The notes under the pieces are model-generated. The model was not told where the DNA came from. It did no database searches and saw nothing but the letters and a program-made list of their open reading frames with translations. From positions 259,140-323,139 of the forward strand of contig CAVXHK010000001.1 in assembly GCA_963761705.1 (NCBI GenBank): 64,000 bases of DNA. Reading direction: 5' to 3'. This stretch comes from an uncultured Verrucomicrobiae bacterium. Lineage in GTDB: Bacteria > Verrucomicrobiota > Verrucomicrobiia > Chthoniobacterales > JAATET01. Of this stretch, positions 41,481 through 50,315 are shown in pieces (position 1 is the first letter of the stretch; each line of letters opens with the position of its first letter). Position numbers and translations under genes: made by a program.

Positions 41481-42387
41481 ATGCCCGACTACAATCTAAG
41501 CCATCTCGATCAACTCGAGGCCGAGGCCATTTTCATCCTCCGCGAGACCGCCGCGCAGTTCCGCAAGCCGGCCCTCCTCTTTTCCGGCGGCAAGGATTCC
41601 ATCCTCATGGCGCACCTCGCGCACAAGGCGTTCTGGCCGTCGAAACTTCCGTTCCCGCTCGTCCACGTCGACACGGGACACAATTTCGACGAGACGATGA
41701 CTTACCGCGACGCTTACGTTGAAAAGCTCGGCGCCGAGCTCGTCGTCGGCTCCGTCCAACGGTCCATCGACGAGGGCCGCGTCGTCGAAGAGAAGGGCAT
41801 CAACGCCTCTCGCAACAAACTCCAGACCGTCACCCTCCTCGACACCATCGAGGCCAACCAATACGACGCCTGCCTCGGCGGCGGTCGCCGCGACGAAGAA
41901 AAGGCCCGCGCGAAAGAACGCTTCTTTTCCCACCGTGACGAGTTCGGTCAGTGGGATCCGAAGAACCAACGTCCCGAGCTTCTGGAATCTCTTCAACGGG
42001 CGCAAGAGCGAGGGCGAGCACTTCCGCGTCTTCCCGCTGTCGAACTTCACCGAAATGGACGTCTGGCTCTACATCCAGCGCGAGAAGATCGACCTCCCGT
42101 CGCTCTACTTCTCCCACGAGCGCGAAGTCTTCGTTCGCAACGGCACGATGCTGGCCGTCACCGATTTCCTCAAGCCGCAGGACAACGAACTCGTCGAGCG
42201 CAAGGTCGTGCGGTTTCGCACCATCGGCGACGCCACCTGCACGGGCGCGGTCGAATCCCGCGCCTCGACCCTCGACGACATCATCGAAGAAGTTGCCGCC
42301 TCCCGGCAGACCGAACGCGGCACCCGCTCCGACGACAAACGCTCCGAGACCTCGATGGAAGATCGGAAGAGGGAAGGTTATTTTTAG
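41481..42387 (+). pseudogene. cysD: Sulfate adenylyltransferase subunit 2, interrupted by an apparent +1 frameshift
   Basis: Frame A reads MPDYNLSHLDQLEAEAIFILRE...LLFSGGKDS...HRDEFGQWDPKNQRPEL up to 41981. Frame B, from TGG 41983, reads WNLFNGRKSEGEHFRVFPLSNFTEMDVWLYIQ...DRKREGYF, ending at 42387. The two parts total about 301 aa, the normal CysD length. The extra base lies within GAG CTT C TGG (41976..41985). Confidence 0.75.
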
Positions 42388-42826
42388 CCGCAAAGAGGCG
42401 CAAAAGGCTCAAAAAATGACCGATAAGGAGGTGTTCGCTCTTTGTGACAAGGTTCGCGAGACTTCGTTCTCGTTGCATCGCTTTTTACGTTTTGGACATC
42501 TGGAGAAAGTCTACGAGCGGGGAATGAAAAACCGCCTCAAGAAATCCGGTATCCAAGCCGCGTCGCAGTATGCCATCCCAGTCCGTGATGAAGACGGCAC
42601 GCTTTTGGGAGATTTTTTCGCAGACTTATTCGTTGAGGAGATGCTGCTAGTTGAAATCAAGGCAGCCCGCAGTCTCGCAGCCGAGCACACCGCCCAGATC
42701 CTCGGCTACCTCAGAGCCACTGGCATCGAGCATGGTCTCTTGATCAACTTTGGAGCGCCCAAGTTGGAAATAAAGAAATTCGCCCTATCAAAACCCTTTT
42801 GAGCTTTTTGCGCCTCTTTGCGGCTA
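42385..42826 (+). mobile_element. Inverted-repeat-flanked GxxExxY gene cassette inserted between cysD and cysN
   Basis: The left arm 42385..42414 is TAGCCGCAAAGAGGCGCAAAAGGCTCAAAA. The reverse complement of the right arm 42797..42826 is TAGCCGCAAAGAGGCGCAAAAAGCTCAAAA, a 29/30 match counted by hand. The left arm begins with the cysD stop codon. The right arm ends 7 nt before the cysN ATG. Confidence 0.7.
42416..42802 (+). CDS. GxxExxY family protein (PD-(D/E)XK nuclease-like fold)
   Basis: 128 aa with GHLEKVYE (GxxExxY), ADLFVEEMLLVEIK (D...ExK) and C-terminal GLLINFG. Confidence 0.8.
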   Translation: MTDKEVFALCDKVRETSFSLHRFLRFGHLEKVYERGMKNRLKKSGIQAASQYAIPVRDEDGTLLGDFFADLFVEEMLLVEIKAARSLAAEHTAQILGYLRATGIEHGLLINFGAPKLEIKKFALSKPF

Positions 42827-42833
42827 AATAACC

Positions 42834-44078
42834 ATGGACATTCTACGTTTCACCACCGCCGGCTCCGTCGACGACGGCAAATCCACCCTCATCGGCCGCC
42901 TCCTCTACGACTCGAAGAGCATCTTCGAGGACCAGATGACGGCCATGGAGGAAAGCTCCAAACGCCGCGGCGACGCCTCCGTCAACCTCGCCCTCCTCAC
43001 CGACGGCCTCAAAGCCGAGCGCGAACAAGGCATCACCATCGACGTCGCTTACCGCTACTTCGCCACGCCCAAACGCAAATTCATCATCGCCGACACTCCC
43101 GGTCACATTCAATACACGCGAAACATGGTCACCGGCGCCTCCACGGCGAACCTGGCCATCATCCTGATCGACGCCCGCAAAGGTGTCATCGAGCAGACCA
43201 AGCGTCACACCTTCATCGCCGATCTCCTCAAGATCCAGCACGTCGTCGTCTGCGTGAACAAGATGGACCTCGTGGACTACGACGAAGCGGTCTACACGCG
43301 CATCGTCGAAGATTACAAATCCTTCGCTTCCCGCCTCGACAGCCTCGTCGACATCACGACCATCCCGATCAGCGCGCTCAACGGCGACAACGTCGTCGAT
43401 AAATCCACCACCATGCCGTGGTATCAGGGTCCCTCCCTGCTCTATTTCCTCGAAACGGTCTACGTCGGCGGCGAACACAACCACGTCGACGCGCGCTTCC
43501 CCGTTCAGTGGGTCATCCGCCCGCAATCCAAGGAGCACCACGACTACCGCGGCTACGCCGGTCGCGTCGCCGGCGGCGTCTTCAAGCCCGGCGACGACGT
43601 CGTCTGCCTGCCCTCCGGCTTCAAGACCACGATCAAAGGCATCCACTCGGCCGACGGCGACCTCGACGAAGCCTTCGCGCCCCAGTCGACCACGCTCACC
43701 CTCGCCAACGAAATCGACATCTCGCGCGGCGACCTGATCGCCAAACCCAACAACCCACCGAAAGTCTCCCAGGACATCGAGGCCATGATCTGCTGGTTCT
43801 CGCAGACCCCCATGCAGCCTCGCGGCAAGTACCTCATCCGCCACACGACTCGGGAGACCCAGGCCGTCGTCCGCGAGGTCCGCTACATCACCGACATCAA
43901 CACCCTGCACAAGTGCGAAGGCGATCGCACCTTCGAGATGAACGACATCGGCAAGATCCTCCTCCGCACCGCCGCACCGCTCATCCACGATTCCTACCGC
44001 CGCAACCGCATCACCGGCTCCTTCGTTCTCATCAATCCCCAAACGAACGAAACCGTCGCCGCCGGCATGATCGTTTGA
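42834..44078 (+). CDS. cysN: Sulfate adenylyltransferase subunit 1 (GTPase)
   Basis: LRFTTAGSVDDGKSTLIGRLL, DTPGHIQYTRNM, NKMDL; 414 aa. No APS-kinase fusion. Confidence 0.92.
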   Translation: MDILRFTTAGSVDDGKSTLIGRLLYDSKSIFEDQMTAMEESSKRRGDASVNLALLTDGLKAEREQGITIDVAYRYFATPKRKFIIADTPGHIQYTRNMVTGASTANLAIILIDARKGVIEQTKRHTFIADLLKIQHVVVCVNKMDLVDYDEAVYTRIVEDYKSFASRLDSLVDITTIPISALNGDNVVDKSTTMPWYQGPSLLYFLETVYVGGEHNHVDARFPVQWVIRPQSKEHHDYRGYAGRVAGGVFKPGDDVVCLPSGFKTTIKGIHSADGDLDEAFAPQSTTLTLANEIDISRGDLIAKPNNPPKVSQDIEAMICWFSQTPMQPRGKYLIRHTTRETQAVVREVRYITDINTLHKCEGDRTFEMNDIGKILLRTAAPLIHDSYRRNRITGSFVLINPQTNETVAAGMIV

Positions 44079-44088
44079 GGCCGCCACG

Positions 44089-44856
44089 ATGATCGAAGAC
44101 CTCATCCAAATCGCTCGGGACGCTGGCGCGGTCATCCTCACCCACTACGGCCAACCGATCCCGGCTGAGAAAAAGGCCGACAACTCGCCGCTGACCATCG
44201 CCGACCGCGCGGCCCACACCCACATCGTCACGGCTCTCACGGCGCTCACTCCAGCCATCCCGATCATCTCGGAAGAAGGCGAACCCCCGTCCCCCGCCGA
44301 GCGCGCGGACTGGACGCGCTTCTGGCTCGTCGATCCGCTCGACGGCACCAAGGAATTCATCAAGCAAACCGGCGAGTTCACCGTGAACATCGGCCTCATC
44401 GAGGACGGTATCCCGACCGTCGGTGTCGTCTACGCTCCGGCCACCGGCCTGCTGTATTGGGCCAGCCATGGGACCGCTTGGAAGCAACTTCCCGACCGCG
44501 ACCCCACGCCAATCGACGGCGGAACCTACCGCGAGGGCGATTTCCCCACCTTCGTCGCCAGCCGCGACCACGCCGGCCCCGCCGTTCAAGCCCTCGCCGA
44601 CCGCCACCCGAACGCCGCGTTTCGCAGCCTGGGCAGTTCGCTCAAGTTTTGCCTGGTCGCCGAAGGGGCCGCCGACGTCTACCTGCGCGACGTCCCCACG
44701 ATGGAATGGGACACCGCCGCCGCTCACGCCCTCGTCTTGGCGAGCGGAGGCACCCTCCGTCAACTCGACGGCGCGCCCCTGGCCTACAACAAACCCGAAC
44801 TCAGAAACCCGGCGCTCGTGACCTTTCGCGCCGGAGCCAACCGGCTGCTGGCGTAG
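44089..44856 (+). CDS. cysQ: 3'(2'),5'-bisphosphate nucleotidase
   Basis: ISEE...WLVDPLDGTKEFI...WDTAAAHALV are inositol-monophosphatase-family motifs, and it sits in a cys operon context. Confidence 0.85.
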   Translation: MIEDLIQIARDAGAVILTHYGQPIPAEKKADNSPLTIADRAAHTHIVTALTALTPAIPIISEEGEPPSPAERADWTRFWLVDPLDGTKEFIKQTGEFTVNIGLIEDGIPTVGVVYAPATGLLYWASHGTAWKQLPDRDPTPIDGGTYREGDFPTFVASRDHAGPAVQALADRHPNAAFRSLGSSLKFCLVAEGAADVYLRDVPTMEWDTAAAHALVLASGGTLRQLDGAPLAYNKPELRNPALVTFRAGANRLLA

Positions 44857-45039
44857 GGGAATCCCCGAAATTGCATTTTTTAACAAATCTAGGCTTTGGA
44901 TCGGCACGTTTTACGCTACGAGTCACCGCCAACCAGCGGTCCGCCCGAAACGGCCGGTCTGCCTCGATTGAGAACAGATCAGCAATCGGACCTTGACGAA
45001 ACCAACTGACAGCCTTACCAACTTAAACAGCCAACGATT

Positions 45040-45519
45040 ATGAAAAAACTCGCCGCACTCCTTCTCATCACGGCCTTCGCCGTGTCTTTCGCACCGGTTA
45101 CGGCCAGCGCTCAAACCAGCAAAGAGGACAAAGACAAGAAAAAGACCCAGAGGTTCTTCACGAAACTCAAGAAGCTGCCCAACGCCCGCACCCGCCCGGC
45201 CAAGGTCATCAGTCTGGCCCGCAAGTTGGTGAAGCTGGACCCGAAGAAAGCCAAGCGTTACTACAAAACAGCGACCATCAAGTTCCTAACGGCGTTCGCC
45301 GAGCGCAAGGCGATCCAGCTCGACGGTATCTACACCCGCTTGCTCTCTCGGGCCGCCGTTCAAGGGCAGATCACCAACTCCATCGCGAAGCGCAACATCC
45401 GCCAGGTCGAGAAGATCCTTGCCCGGATCGTCCTTCGCAACGAGCCAACGCCGACGCCGATCCCGACGCCAACCCCTTACCAGGCTTCGGCCTCGGAACT
45501 TCGGACCATCACCGCGTAA
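45040..45519 (+). CDS. Secreted lysine-rich hypothetical protein with Pro/Thr tail
   Basis: Signal peptide MKKLAALLLITAFAVSFAPVTASA, a Lys-rich body, and the ending EPTPTPIPTPTPYQ... Confidence 0.6.
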   Translation: MKKLAALLLITAFAVSFAPVTASAQTSKEDKDKKKTQRFFTKLKKLPNARTRPAKVISLARKLVKLDPKKAKRYYKTATIKFLTAFAERKAIQLDGIYTRLLSRAAVQGQITNSIAKRNIRQVEKILARIVLRNEPTPTPIPTPTPYQASASELRTITA

Positions 45520-45550
45520 GCGGAACCAAAGCGAAACCCATTGAATTGGA

Positions 45551-45578
45551 GAAGGGCGGGGCCGATTCCCCGCCCTTC
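45551..45578 (+). terminator. Putative intrinsic terminator hairpin
   Basis: GAAGGGCGGGG ccgatt CCCCGCCCTTC is a perfect 11-bp stem. It is followed by TCTTGT, which is only weakly T-rich. It lies 30 nt after the stop of the preceding gene. Confidence 0.55.
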
Positions 45579-45738
45579 TTCTTGTCCAAATCGTTCATTT
45601 CGTGTTCCGAAACCCCACGCGCCCGGGGATGCCAACCTTCCCGGCCGGTAACCGGACACCCTTCCCGGACTCCTTCGACGGAGTCTGGTGTTGCGAAACC
45701 CTCGCGCGGGTGATCCCCTCGTCTCTCCGTCTTCCAGC

Positions 45739-46359
45739 ATGTCTAAATTTGTATCCGAAACGCTCGCACTAGCCGCCATCGGTTCGGTGGCTTTCCTGTT
45801 GTCGGGCTGTTCCGCACCCATCCAGAAACGGCAGATCACCATCGAACCCGCTGCCGCATCCGAAAAGCGTGGCAATTACCAACTCGGTCCCGGCGACGTG
45901 GTCCAGGTCACCATCTTTCAAGAGGTGGACATGACGGCTGAGCAACGCCTCGGTCAAGACGGCTCGATCAATTTGCCACTCGTGGGCCGGGTTGCGATCG
46001 GCGGGATGACCGTCGACTCCGCCGGGCAGGCCATCGCCACCCGCCTGAAGGCCGGCTTCCTCGTCAATCCGCAGGTCACCGTGAGCGTCCTGGAGTACGC
46101 GCCTCGTCGATTCACGATCTTCGGGCAGGTCAATGCCGCCGGGAGCTTCGAAATTCCCAGTGAGGAACGAGTCACGCTCCCAACGGCGATCGCGATGGCC
46201 GGCGGCAACACCCGAATCGGGAATTTGCGGGCCGTGGCGGTCACCCGGTCCAGCGACACCGAGATTACCGAATACCGGGTGAACGTTCTCAGTGCCGAAG
46301 GTCGCCAGTTCGTGATCCAAGACCGGGACCTCATCACCGTGCCGGAGAGCCTATTTTAA
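45739..46359 (+). CDS. Polysaccharide export lipoprotein (Wza/EpsA-like, Poly_export + SLBB)
   Basis: Lipobox LLSGC, YQLGPGDVVQVTIFQ, GSINLPLVGRVAIGGMTVDSAGQAIATRL, VTVSVLEY. Confidence 0.8.
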   Translation: MSKFVSETLALAAIGSVAFLLSGCSAPIQKRQITIEPAAASEKRGNYQLGPGDVVQVTIFQEVDMTAEQRLGQDGSINLPLVGRVAIGGMTVDSAGQAIATRLKAGFLVNPQVTVSVLEYAPRRFTIFGQVNAAGSFEIPSEERVTLPTAIAMAGGNTRIGNLRAVAVTRSSDTEITEYRVNVLSAEGRQFVIQDRDLITVPESLF

Positions 46360-46362
46360 ACG

Positions 46363-48591
46363 ATGCCAGCAAACTTTGAGAACGAGCGGGATGCTCCGCG
46401 CCACGCTTACCCCGAGACCGTCGACGAGGAGGAGGGGATCTCCATCGACTTCGGTCGCATTCTGGGTGCCCTGCGCAAATACTTCTGGGTCGTTCTGCTC
46501 TTCCTGGTCGCTGGAGCCATCGCTGCCGTTACCTACCTCAACGTGGCCACGCCAATCTACCAATCCAACGTCCTCATCAAGATCGAGCAGCGGGTGCAGG
46601 ACGCGTCGCCTCTCGCCGGCGCGACGACCAGTGCGGTGGAGGATCTCCGCGCCATGGAAATGCTGGGCACCATCCAGCGCGGATTTCTGAGTCGGACGCT
46701 CATGGAGCGAGTCGCCGAGAAGCTCAACCTGGTCGACCGCCCGGAATTTCTCGGGGAAGACGTCCCCGCCGAAGATCGCACGGAAGCCGCGTGCGTGGGC
46801 CTGCTACTCGAGAACACCGAAGCGACCGTCGTCCGCGGAACGCGGTTGATCCAAGTCACCTTCGATCATCCGAACGAAGATCTCGCGACGGAGGTCGCCG
46901 GCGCGCTCGTTCGGGACTACGTCGCCCTCGATGGCGAGCAGCGTCTCCGCAGCGCGGGCTCGAACATCAGCTATCTCATCAACGAGAAGGACGCGCTCGA
47001 AAGCAAACTCCGCGAGTCCGAGCAGGAATTGGCTCAATATTCGCAATCGCTAGACAGCGTGTCCGTCGACAGCGAACTCAACATCATCGCGGATCAGTTG
47101 CGGGAACTCAATTCCCGCCTCACCGTGGCGAAGGCGGATCGGCTCAAACTCGAAAGCGACTTCGAGCAAGTTCAAAACGTCCGCGACGATCCCGCCGCGC
47201 TCGTTCAGATCTCGAGTGTGGCCCAACTGCCCGAGATTCAGAGTCTCCGCACCCAACTGAACGACCTGGACGCCCAGATCAGCGCCCAAAGGAAACGGTA
47301 CGGTGCCCGCAATCCCGCCATCATCGAACTCGAAACCCAGCGGAATTCCCTTCGGGAAGCCCTCCAGGCGGAGGCTCTCCGCGCGCCCCGGACACTCGAA
47401 ATCTCGTTGCGAGCCGCTCGTCAGAACGAGACGAGCCTCGAACGCGAGACCAAGGCCCAGGAAAAGAAGACGCTCAACGTCAAAAAATTGGCCATCCAAT
47501 CCTCCGTCCTCGAACGGCAGATCGAAGCCGATAAGCTTGCCTTCCAAGCGGTCCTTCAGCGGTTGAGTGCGGAGTCCTCGCAGGCGAGGAGTCCCACGGT
47601 CTTCGTCCAGACGGTTGACGCCGCTTCCCCGGCCTACCGGGTCAAGCCGAAGCCGTTGATCGTCATCGCTCTGGCGACTGTCGGGTCACTGGCCCTGTCG
47701 GCGGCGACCATTTTCCTGCTTGCGATTCTGGATACTTCGATCAAATCCGTCGACGAAGCCGAGTCCGCGCTCGGTCTGCCGGTTTTGGCTGCCATCCCCG
47801 AAATGTCGGCGTTCCCTTCGGGTAAGAAAGCGAAAACTGGGACCGCGAAGGCGGGGGATGGCGGATTTCGTCTGCCGCTGCTGGAAGATGCCCACTCGAC
47901 GGTCAGCGAAGCTTTCCGAACGTTCCGAGCGTCGATCCTCATGTCGGAAGTTGATCACAAACGAATGCTCATCACGAGCGCGGTGCCGGGTGAGGGGAAG
48001 TCGTTCTGCTCGATCAACGCCGCGGTCGCACTCGCCCAGCAGGACACCGACGTGCTGCTCATCGACTCGGACCTTCGGAAGCCGATCGTCGAGAAACGTC
48101 TTTTCGGGGAAGGCTCGTCCGCTCCGGGTCTCGCCGACTTCTTAACGGGGCGGGCGGAGTTCGACGACATCGTGAGGCCGTCGCAGGTGCCCCGACTCTT
48201 CGTCATCACGGCTGGCCGCGGCTACTCCAATCCTTCCGAATTGCTCTCCCGCAAGGAACGGATGACCGACCTGCTGGAGCGCGCGGAACAACGTTTTGGG
48301 CGGATCGTGGTCGACTCCGCGCCCGTTCTGGCGGTCAGCGACACACTCAGCCTGGCTCCGCATTTTCCCTTCATCACGGTGGTGATTCGATCTCACAAGA
48401 CGGGGCGGAAATTTGCGAAGCGGGCCACCGATTTGCTTGCCCGCACCGGGCACCCCGCCAGTGGGGTGGCCCTCAACATGGTGCCCGCCAAGGGAGCGGC
48501 CTATTACTACTACTACACCCACGGAAAAGACGGCCAAGCCTACGGCGACCCGGCCGCCCGAGGCACCCCGCCGCCCGCTTCGGTCTCGTGA
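46363..48591 (+). CDS. Polysaccharide chain-length determinant / tyrosine autokinase (Wzc/GumC-like)
   Basis: Wzz-like N-terminus with TM and a long coiled coil. Walker A SAVPGEGKS, A' LLIDSDLRKP, B IVVDSAPVLAVSD. C-terminal Tyr cluster AAYYYYYTHGKDGQAYGD. Confidence 0.85.
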   Translation: MPANFENERDAPRHAYPETVDEEEGISIDFGRILGALRKYFWVVLLFLVAGAIAAVTYLNVATPIYQSNVLIKIEQRVQDASPLAGATTSAVEDLRAMEMLGTIQRGFLSRTLMERVAEKLNLVDRPEFLGEDVPAEDRTEAACVGLLLENTEATVVRGTRLIQVTFDHPNEDLATEVAGALVRDYVALDGEQRLRSAGSNISYLINEKDALESKLRESEQELAQYSQSLDSVSVDSELNIIADQLRELNSRLTVAKADRLKLESDFEQVQNVRDDPAALVQISSVAQLPEIQSLRTQLNDLDAQISAQRKRYGARNPAIIELETQRNSLREALQAEALRAPRTLEISLRAARQNETSLERETKAQEKKTLNVKKLAIQSSVLERQIEADKLAFQAVLQRLSAESSQARSPTVFVQTVDAASPAYRVKPKPLIVIALATVGSLALSAATIFLLAILDTSIKSVDEAESALGLPVLAAIPEMSAFPSGKKAKTGTAKAGDGGFRLPLLEDAHSTVSEAFRTFRASILMSEVDHKRMLITSAVPGEGKSFCSINAAVALAQQDTDVLLIDSDLRKPIVEKRLFGEGSSAPGLADFLTGRAEFDDIVRPSQVPRLFVITAGRGYSNPSELLSRKERMTDLLERAEQRFGRIVVDSAPVLAVSDTLSLAPHFPFITVVIRSHKTGRKFAKRATDLLARTGHPASGVALNMVPAKGAAYYYYYTHGKDGQAYGDPAARGTPPPASVS

Positions 48592-48704
48592 CGTTCGCCC
48601 CGGGTGGCAAGCGCCTTCCGGCCGGGCGATGATTTTCAACTCACCGGCCAGACGCCGGTGCACCGAAACGACCTCGCCGCCTGGTTGATCACCAACCGTT
48701 CGTC

Positions 48705-50186
48705 TCAGCTTCCTTCGCCGTCCGTACGTCGCGCCATTAAACTCCAACCCAGAGCGATCCAGATCAGAAAGTAAAACTGCAGGGACATGATCTGCATCGG
48801 AAAGTCGACCAGGGCGTGCAGCGCCGTGGTGGAGATCGCGATGACGCCTCCGACCGCGACCATCGGAGCCCTCGCGTCGGGCAGGGCCGTCCAAGCTTGG
48901 CGGACGTGTTCGCGCCAGCCAAAAGCGTAACTGTCGTCTCCACCGGACGGGTCCCGTGCGCGCCCCGTCGAACGGCGAAGCAGCGCCCACGTCGGGACGA
49001 CGAACAGCAAGCCCCAGAGCACCGTCCCGCCGTAGCCCCACTCCACCACCGTCTGAAGATAATCCTGGTGGGCGACCCAGAACGCCGCCCGCCGCATCAC
49101 GCGGTCGTCGCCGACGTAGTCCCAGTAAGCCAGTTGAAAGCTCCCGGGGCCGAAGCCGAGCCACCCGGCGTCGGGCAACATTTGAACGAAATACCCGTAA
49201 GCCACCGCGCGCGGGTTGGAGTGGATGTCCCGCGCCTGGAGGTATTCCCATCGGTTCTGGGGAATGGCGAACGCCAGGGAGACGGCGATCACCACGACGG
49301 GCACAAGACCGCCGATGACGGCCACCGGAGACAAGCGCAGCCCCCGCCAACCCCGCGATCGCCAACGGGCGACCGCCAAGAGAACGCCGAACAGAACGAG
49401 TCCGACGACCGCAAGCACGTTCCCAGCCTTGGACACGTTCAGAAACAACGCGGCGAAGACCAGCAGCGCCCCGCCGAGCCAAACCGTCCATCCCCGGGCC
49501 CGGTGCGCGAACGCCGTGTGGGCCGCGAGCGCCGCGAGGAGCGGCCAGGTCAAATTCAAGTACGAAGCCCCGTTCCCCCAGTATCGAAACGTCGCGAAGC
49601 TGAGCGTCACCCGAGGATTCACGTTGCTCGGCAGCAGAAATGGGCCGCCAAAGGCCCGTTGCAGATAGAAGAAAACCACCATCCCCAAGGCGGTGAGGGC
49701 CAGCGTCAAAAACAGCGCTCGAGACCAGTTTCGCGAGGAGAACAGGTCCACCGCCACGAGGAACCCCCCCAGCAGGGCACTCGTCCGCCAAGCTGCCCCG
49801 ACGGCGAGATCGAAATCGAACGCGCCGAACAAAATCCACCCGTCCAACCAAAGTGGATACTCCGGCGCGAGGTCGTAGAGGTGAAGGTCGAGCCAAGCCA
49901 GACCGACCGAAGTCCAGCCAACGCCGAGCACGCCCGCGGCGAGTCCCCACGCGGACCAGGGGATCACCGGCCGGCGAGGGAGCAAAACGTGACCGACCCC
50001 CCACGCGGCGAAAGTCCAGCCCAACCACTGGGTGAAAAAATGGATCGTCGTCTCCCGGGTCAGGCCATAGGCCACCGAGGCGATCACGACCCCGGCCAGG
50101 AGGCTCCCCCTCGCCAGTTGCACGGCCGTCGCTCCAATCCGTTCGCGCATTGGAGCGGAGCATCTCGTCAGGCGGAGCGCCCGCAA
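48705..50186 (-). CDS. O-antigen ligase-like (Wzy_C) polytopic membrane protein
   Basis: 493 aa with more than 10 TM helices and a loop segment GFGPGSFQLAY...AHQDYLQTVVEWGYGG typical of the O-antigen ligase family. The start within the first 15 codons is uncertain. Confidence 0.65.
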   Translation of the reverse strand: MRALRLTRCSAPMRERIGATAVQLARGSLLAGVVIASVAYGLTRETTIHFFTQWLGWTFAAWGVGHVLLPRRPVIPWSAWGLAAGVLGVGWTSVGLAWLDLHLYDLAPEYPLWLDGWILFGAFDFDLAVGAAWRTSALLGGFLVAVDLFSSRNWSRALFLTLALTALGMVVFFYLQRAFGGPFLLPSNVNPRVTLSFATFRYWGNGASYLNLTWPLLAALAAHTAFAHRARGWTVWLGGALLVFAALFLNVSKAGNVLAVVGLVLFGVLLAVARWRSRGWRGLRLSPVAVIGGLVPVVVIAVSLAFAIPQNRWEYLQARDIHSNPRAVAYGYFVQMLPDAGWLGFGPGSFQLAYWDYVGDDRVMRRAAFWVAHQDYLQTVVEWGYGGTVLWGLLFVVPTWALLRRSTGRARDPSGGDDSYAFGWREHVRQAWTALPDARAPMVAVGGVIAISTTALHALVDFPMQIMSLQFYFLIWIALGWSLMARRTDGEGS

Positions 50187-50315
50187 GTCTATTTTCCGAT
50201 TTTTCGCGGGGGAGGCGGACCCACCGGAGCAGATCGACCACTATCCCTTGCCGAAAAGCTTCCCCGTTAGTATCTTTTCACCCACCGTCAAGACACCCCG
50301 ACGGGCGATCACCCC

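Noticed and set aside
41976-41985. Programmed +1 ribosomal frameshift at GAG CUU C (cysD and U32 peptidase)
   Set aside because: CUU-to-UUC re-pairing is conceivable. However, there is no stop or obviously hungry codon and no upstream stimulatory element that I can see. The same in-frame heptamer is read normally twice in yidC. An indel, real or artefactual, is the simpler explanation, so I report it only as a low-probability alternative.
48142-50241. 699-aa minus-strand ORF
   Set aside because: This is an Arg/Gly/Pro-rich shadow frame overlapping the hydrophobic O-antigen-ligase-like ORF 48705..50186 on the same strand. That is typical of alternative frames in high-GC DNA.
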